Part shown: positions 35,216 through 39,288 of the stretch, piece after piece
How the letters are laid out: every line of letters starts with the position of its first letter
Numbering within the stretch: the first letter of the stretch is position 1
Origin: Clostridia bacterium
GTDB lineage: Bacteria > Bacillota > Clostridia > Oscillospirales > Acutalibacteraceae
DNA length: 39,288 bases
NCBI GenBank assembly: GCA_017436375.1
Contig: JAFSDF010000068.1
Location: 1-39,288, forward strand
Direction of reading: 5' to 3'
Program-made: the position numbers and the translations under genes
The notes under the pieces: generated by a model
Told to the model about the DNA's origin: nothing
Databases searched by the model: none
Seen by the model: only the letters and a program-made list of their open reading frames with translations

Positions 35216-35260
35216 ATATAGAAGTGATACACCGACCTTTAAACGCTAAAAGGAAGTCGC
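35164..35260 (+). repeat. Heptamer array (GGAATKC-type, about 5 units) plus an adjoining module, locus D
   Basis: The array reads GAAATTC GGAATGC GGAATTC GGAATGC GAAATTG at 35164-35198. The following segment, GTGATACACCGACCTTTAAACGCTAAA, is the reverse complement of a relative of 26185-26220. Confidence 0.8.
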
Positions 35261-35383
35261 AGTTTTACCTTGTTACACAAAATCACCCTCTGTCCGCAAA
35301 GATAACCGTGCGGCAGAGGGTAAAGAGTAAATTATAAAAGATTTTACTGCGTTCAAAATGACAAATCATTTTTTCGTTCTGCA

Positions 35384-36346
35384 TTATGCATTAAGGAAAT
35401 CGAGGATTTCCTTCCAGACCTTCTCGTCCTGAGCGGTCATCCTCTTCCAGTCATATTTTGCTTTGAAGGCTTTTTTGTCCTCCTCGGTCACTAAAGCCTT
35501 CTTTTTCAGTGCCTTCTGATATTCCGAAAAGAATTTATCCTTATACTTCACGGCATCCTCCGTGTAATTTGGGTTATGATTTTTGCCCGTAAGACGGAGG
35601 AATTTTATGTTTTCCTTGCCTGAAAATTCTTTTTCGAGAAGATCGAAATTATTCTTTGACGAGACAGTTTTATCATCATCAGAATGAATAATCAGCATTT
35701 CCGTTTTTGTGCTTTTCAGAGTATCGAGAGCGCTGTAACGGACATAATCCGGATTTGACTTTTCCTCGAGAGCAAGTATTTTCCTGTAAAAAGGAGAAAG
35801 AAAGCCCTTAAAAAAGCCCTTTAAAATCACAGGCACAGCAATAAATCCCGACATAGCTACTGCCTTTTCGACATCGGGATGAAGTGCAGAGATATTCATA
35901 GTGGAAAAACCGCCCCAGCTGTGACCGATAACGCTTATGGGCACAGCGGCATATTTTTCGTCAGCTTTAAGTGCTTTTATCGCATCGTCCAGGTCACGGA
36001 GAGACTGAGCGAAGCCGTTAGTGCTTTCACCTCCCGATTTCATACAGCCTGTGTGGTCGTAGGCGAAAACACGGTAGCCTGCCCCACAGAGCTTTTCGAT
36101 TTCCGTCATATATCCCGTGTGTCCCGAGCCCATACCGTGCTCAAAGATAATAAGTCTGTCTTTATCAAAGCCGTCATAGTAATAAAAGGCTCCGGCAAGA
36201 GTATGGCCGAGCGATGAAGTAAAGAGGTATTCTTCGCAGTGCAGACCTTCGAAGTCCTCCGATGTGAAATATACTACACAGCCATTATCGTCTGCACGGC
36301 TGTAAACCATATTGCGATAGATTTTTTCGATGAATCCGGTTATCAT
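35384..36346 (-). CDS. Alpha/beta-fold serine hydrolase
   Basis: 320 aa with the nucleophile elbow GHSWGG and no signal peptide. It starts 15 nt downstream of the Cys-cluster gene. Confidence 0.7.
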   Translation of the reverse strand: MITGFIEKIYRNMVYSRADDNGCVVYFTSEDFEGLHCEEYLFTSSLGHTLAGAFYYYDGFDKDRLIIFEHGMGSGHTGYMTEIEKLCGAGYRVFAYDHTGCMKSGGESTNGFAQSLRDLDDAIKALKADEKYAAVPISVIGHSWGGFSTMNISALHPDVEKAVAMSGFIAVPVILKGFFKGFLSPFYRKILALEEKSNPDYVRYSALDTLKSTKTEMLIIHSDDDKTVSSKNNFDLLEKEFSGKENIKFLRLTGKNHNPNYTEDAVKYKDKFFSEYQKALKKKALVTEEDKKAFKAKYDWKRMTAQDEKVWKEILDFLNA

Positions 36347-36361
36347 AATTAAAATCCTTTC

Positions 36362-36826
36362 TTATTTGTAAAATCTTTCCAAAGCGTCTATTTCCCTGCT
36401 CGTTTCCCATAAAAATCTGCGGCATTCCTCATCCTTGGCGAGAATCCTGCCCGCACGGGCTACACGGCGAAGAAAGATTTTACTGAAAATCACTTCATCC
36501 TTATGAGCGATGAGAGGGCAGATATTGATACCGCGTATATCAGCTCTGGCACGGATTTTACCGTCCTCACTCATATACGGAAAAAAAGGGAAAATAATAC
36601 AGGAAAGAGGTCTTTCGCTCCTGTTGCATTTTCCGTCACAGACACACAGGCAGCTGCCGTTTTTTTCCTTTACCGGAAAAGCCGTATCCTCACCCGGAAA
36701 CAGAAGCATTCCCGTCTCTTTGTCACCCTTACAGCAGGCCTTGCCGCAGACGGTACCGCAGTCGGCATTCAGAGGAGTATAGGGCAGGATAACTGCTTTG
36801 GCACGGGCGATAATATCTTTTTTCAC
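36362..36826 (-). CDS. YkgJ-like cysteine-cluster (putative Zn/Fe-binding) protein
   Basis: 154 aa from a GTG start with a GAGGTG RBS. Motifs are CGTVCGKACC...LLFPGE and RPLSCIIFPFFP. Confidence 0.55.
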   Translation of the reverse strand: MKKDIIARAKAVILPYTPLNADCGTVCGKACCKGDKETGMLLFPGEDTAFPVKEKNGSCLCVCDGKCNRSERPLSCIIFPFFPYMSEDGKIRARADIRGINICPLIAHKDEVIFSKIFLRRVARAGRILAKDEECRRFLWETSREIDALERFYK

Positions 36827-36919
36827 TTTTTCACCTCTTTTTATATTCTTACAGATTTATTATACAGCCTTTTGTATTTTTTGTACAGTAAAAAATCTTT
36901 TTATTCGTAAGTTTTTTTA

Positions 36920-36948
36920 TTGAAAAGACAAAAGATTTGTGATATATT
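36920..36948 (+). promoter_or_regulatory. Sigma-70-type promoter for the DUF1846 gene
   Basis: TTGAAA (36920-36925), a 17-nt spacer, then TATATT (36943-36948). Confidence 0.5.
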
Positions 36949-36980
36949 AATGTGTGTAGTTTTTTTTAGGAGATGTTGAT

Positions 36981-38459
36981 GTGAAAATAGGATTTGATAA
37001 CGGAAAATACATCAAAACCCAGTCTGAGCATATCAGGGAAAGGCTGTCCCAGTTCGGAGGCAAGCTTTACCTGGAATTCGGCGGTAAGCTTTTCGACGAC
37101 CATCACGCCGCCAGAGTGCTGCCCGGCTTTGAGCCCGACAGTAAGCTGAAAATGCTCCTGCAGCTTAAGGATGAGGCTGAGGTCGTTATCGCAGTAAGTG
37201 CGAAGGCGATCGAAGAAAAAAAGCTTCGCCGTGACCTTAATATCTCCTATGACAAGGAAGTTCTCCGTCTCATTGACCTTTTCAGAAGTGTAGGTCTTTA
37301 TGTGGGCAGTGTGGTAATAGCACAGTATGACGGACAGAAATCTGCCGATAAATTCAGAGACAAGCTCCGTGAGCTGGGCATCTCTGTTTTCACTCACTAT
37401 AAAATAGAGGGCTATCCCTCAAACGTACCCGTCATCGTCTCCGAGGAGGGCTACGGAAAAAACGAATATGTGGAAACAGAAAGAAAAATCGTAGTTGTCA
37501 CCGCGCCCGGTCCCGGCAGCGGGAAAATGGCCGTCTGTCTTTCACAGATTTACCACGATCATCTGAGAGGTATAGAGTCAGGCTACGCCAAATTCGAGAC
37601 CTTCCCTGTATGGAATTTACCCCTTAACCACCCTGTAAATTTAGCCTATGAGGCGGCAACAGCTGACCTTAACGACCTCAATATGATCGACCCCTTCCAT
37701 CTGGAGGCTTACGGAATTCCCACGGTAAACTATAACCGTGATGTGGAAATTTTCCCCGTGCTTGAGGCCATCTTCACAAAAATTTACGGCTCATGCCCCT
37801 ACAAATCACCTACGGATATGGGTGTAAATATGGTAGGTCACTGCATCTGCGACAAAAAGGTAGTCGAGGATGCGGCAAAGCAGGAAATAATACGCAGATA
37901 TTATGCGGCTCTCTACGATGCCAGACACGGTGCCGACACCATAAAGGAAAGAGAGAAAATCTCCATCCTTATGAATAAAGCAGGCATAAGCCCCGAAAGC
38001 AGAGCCGTGGCAGTAAAAGCTAATGAAGTAGCAGAGAAAACAGGTGCACCTGCCGCCGCTATCGAGCTCGATGACGGCAGAATTATCATCGGTAAGACCA
38101 AAGACCTTTTAGGTGCCGCCTCTGCCGCACTGCTGAACGCTCTTAAAAGTCTGGCAGGCCTTGACGATGAGCTTCTGCTCCTGCCCTCGACTCTTATCGA
38201 GCCTGTGCAGAATCTGAAGGTAAGCTATCTGGGCAGTAAAAATCCCCGTCTTCACGCTGACGAGGTGCTGGTAGCCCTCTCTGTTTCAGCGGCGACGGAT
38301 AAGAATGCGGCAAAGGTGCTCGAATGTCTGCCTCTGCTCAAAAACTGTCAAGCACACATTTCCGTCATTCCTTCGGATGTAGACAAGATGATTTACCATA
38401 AGCTGGGCATACACCTTACCGTGGAGCCCGAATACGAAAACGATAATTTGTATCATTGA
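36981..38459 (+). CDS. DUF1846 / UPF0371-family protein
   Basis: 492 aa from a GTG start with an AGGAG RBS. By recall, the N-terminus MKIGFDNGKYIKTQSEHIRERL...GGKLFDDHHAARVLPGF matches UPF0371 proteins. Confidence 0.7.
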   Translation: MKIGFDNGKYIKTQSEHIRERLSQFGGKLYLEFGGKLFDDHHAARVLPGFEPDSKLKMLLQLKDEAEVVIAVSAKAIEEKKLRRDLNISYDKEVLRLIDLFRSVGLYVGSVVIAQYDGQKSADKFRDKLRELGISVFTHYKIEGYPSNVPVIVSEEGYGKNEYVETERKIVVVTAPGPGSGKMAVCLSQIYHDHLRGIESGYAKFETFPVWNLPLNHPVNLAYEAATADLNDLNMIDPFHLEAYGIPTVNYNRDVEIFPVLEAIFTKIYGSCPYKSPTDMGVNMVGHCICDKKVVEDAAKQEIIRRYYAALYDARHGADTIKEREKISILMNKAGISPESRAVAVKANEVAEKTGAPAAAIELDDGRIIIGKTKDLLGAASAALLNALKSLAGLDDELLLLPSTLIEPVQNLKVSYLGSKNPRLHADEVLVALSVSAATDKNAAKVLECLPLLKNCQAHISVIPSDVDKMIYHKLGIHLTVEPEYENDNLYH

Positions 38460-38488
38460 GATAAAAAAACAAAGTCAGGAGAATTAAT

Positions 38489-38908
38489 ATGAGAGACTGG
38501 ACAAGATTAATAGGTAAAGCGTTAAAGCTCAGCTACGAGGAATTAGTGGAGGAGGGAAAGTCAACCGTAGAAAGAGTCCTTGACACCATCGGAAGATATT
38601 CCGATCCCGAGGGTGCCAACTACACTCTGGTAGGCCTTACCGCTTACACTGCCGCAGTGGACGACGAGCTTTCACCCATCGAGGTAAAGCTTATCGGTGA
38701 TGTTTTGGGCATCAGCGAAAAGGAGTTTCACGGCTTCGTCGAGCAGGTCAAAAAGAACGATAAAATCATTAAGGAGCTAACGGATATCGTGGAGTGTATG
38801 AGCGAGGACGAGCTCAATGATTTCGCAGCAGTTCTCGTGGGTATCTTCGCTGTTGACGGCAAAATCACCGATGAGGAAATGGCATTTCTTAAAAAGCTTT
38901 GTCATTGA
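38489..38908 (+). CDS. Small acidic protein, TerB-like fold suspected
   Basis: 139 aa with a CAGGAG RBS. Two pseudo-repeats, D.ELSPIE...I and DGKITDEEMAFL, resemble TerB-type motifs. The assignment is weak. Confidence 0.35.
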   Translation: MRDWTRLIGKALKLSYEELVEEGKSTVERVLDTIGRYSDPEGANYTLVGLTAYTAAVDDELSPIEVKLIGDVLGISEKEFHGFVEQVKKNDKIIKELTDIVECMSEDELNDFAAVLVGIFAVDGKITDEEMAFLKKLCH

Positions 38909-38942
38909 TAAAATCGTAAATTCTAAGAAGGGAGACTTTTTT

Positions 38943-39288
38943 ATGACATATTCCGAAAAATACGAACAGTGGTTAACCTTTGACGAGGAGACCAGAGAAG
39001 AGCTTCTCAGCGTAACGGACGAAAAAGAAAAGGAGGACAGATTCTATAAGGATCTTGCCTTCGGCACAGGCGGACTCCGCGGTATTATGGGTGCCGGCTC
39101 AAACCGTATGAACAGATACACCGTCGGCAAAGCCACCTATGGTCTGGCACAGTATATAAAAAATAAATATGACGGTGAAATCAAGGTAGCCTTAGGCTAT
39201 GACACCAGAAACAATTCAGCTTACTTTGCTAAGGTAGCGGCAGGTATTTTCGCTTCCTGCGGCTTTAAGGTTTATCTTTATGACATAG
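38943..39288 (+). CDS. Phosphoglucomutase/phosphomannomutase family protein (5' part, truncated by the window end)
   Basis: ATG at 38943 with a GGGAGA RBS. The translation reads MTYSEKYEQWLTFDEETREEL...LAFGTGGLRGIMGAGSNRMN...LGYDTRNNS, typical of the alpha-D-phosphohexomutase N-terminus. The ORF stays open to the end of the window. Confidence 0.8.
   Translation, partial: MTYSEKYEQWLTFDEETREELLSVTDEKEKEDRFYKDLAFGTGGLRGIMGAGSNRMNRYTVGKATYGLAQYIKNKYDGEIKVALGYDTRNNSAYFAKVAAGIFASCGFKVYLYDI

Overview
The window looks like a chromosomal segment of a mid-GC, spore-forming Clostridia-type Firmicute. The supporting evidence is spoVT, spoIIID, a THF riboswitch upstream of folT, and strong GGAGG-type ribosome binding sites (RBSs). 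Most genes are ordinary housekeeping genes: ldhA, xth, murD, an M28 peptidase, GtrA, a GH43 hydrolase, a heterodimeric ABC exporter pair, an ArsC-family/TIGR04076 pair, DUF1846 and a partial phosphohexomutase. Three large secreted repeat proteins sit among them: a 1277-aa mosaic of BspA-type leucine-rich repeats (LRR), Listeria-Bacteroides repeats and Big_2 domains; a 2831-aa protein of about 33 tandem Big_2 domains; and an 862-aa modular protein with a Cys-rich region and an Fn3 tail. I saw no sortase, SLH, choline-binding or dockerin anchor in any of the three. RNA features are a stand-alone 5S rRNA gene with its own consensus promoter and terminator, and a THF-I riboswitch. No transposase, integrase, reverse transcriptase, CRISPR array or recognisable defence gene appears in any frame. 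The least explained signal is non-coding. A modular, hairpin-dense family of intergenic repeats recurs at four or more loci (about 7.5 kb, 14.0-14.7 kb, 25.9-26.2 kb and 35.2 kb). It always lies just 3' of genes or terminators. The repeats keep their stems while the loops vary, one loop is flipped in place, and many hairpins are C-GNA-G mini-hairpins. Heptamer (GAATGCR)n arrays also abut or overlap the stop codons of three unrelated genes. Secondary leads are a possible leader-peptide attenuator upstream of the ABC pair, a lipobox-7TM-LuxR regulator divergent from the modular secreted protein, and an AT-rich XRE gene inserted between spoVT and spoIIID. All family names are assigned from motifs read by eye; no database search was possible.
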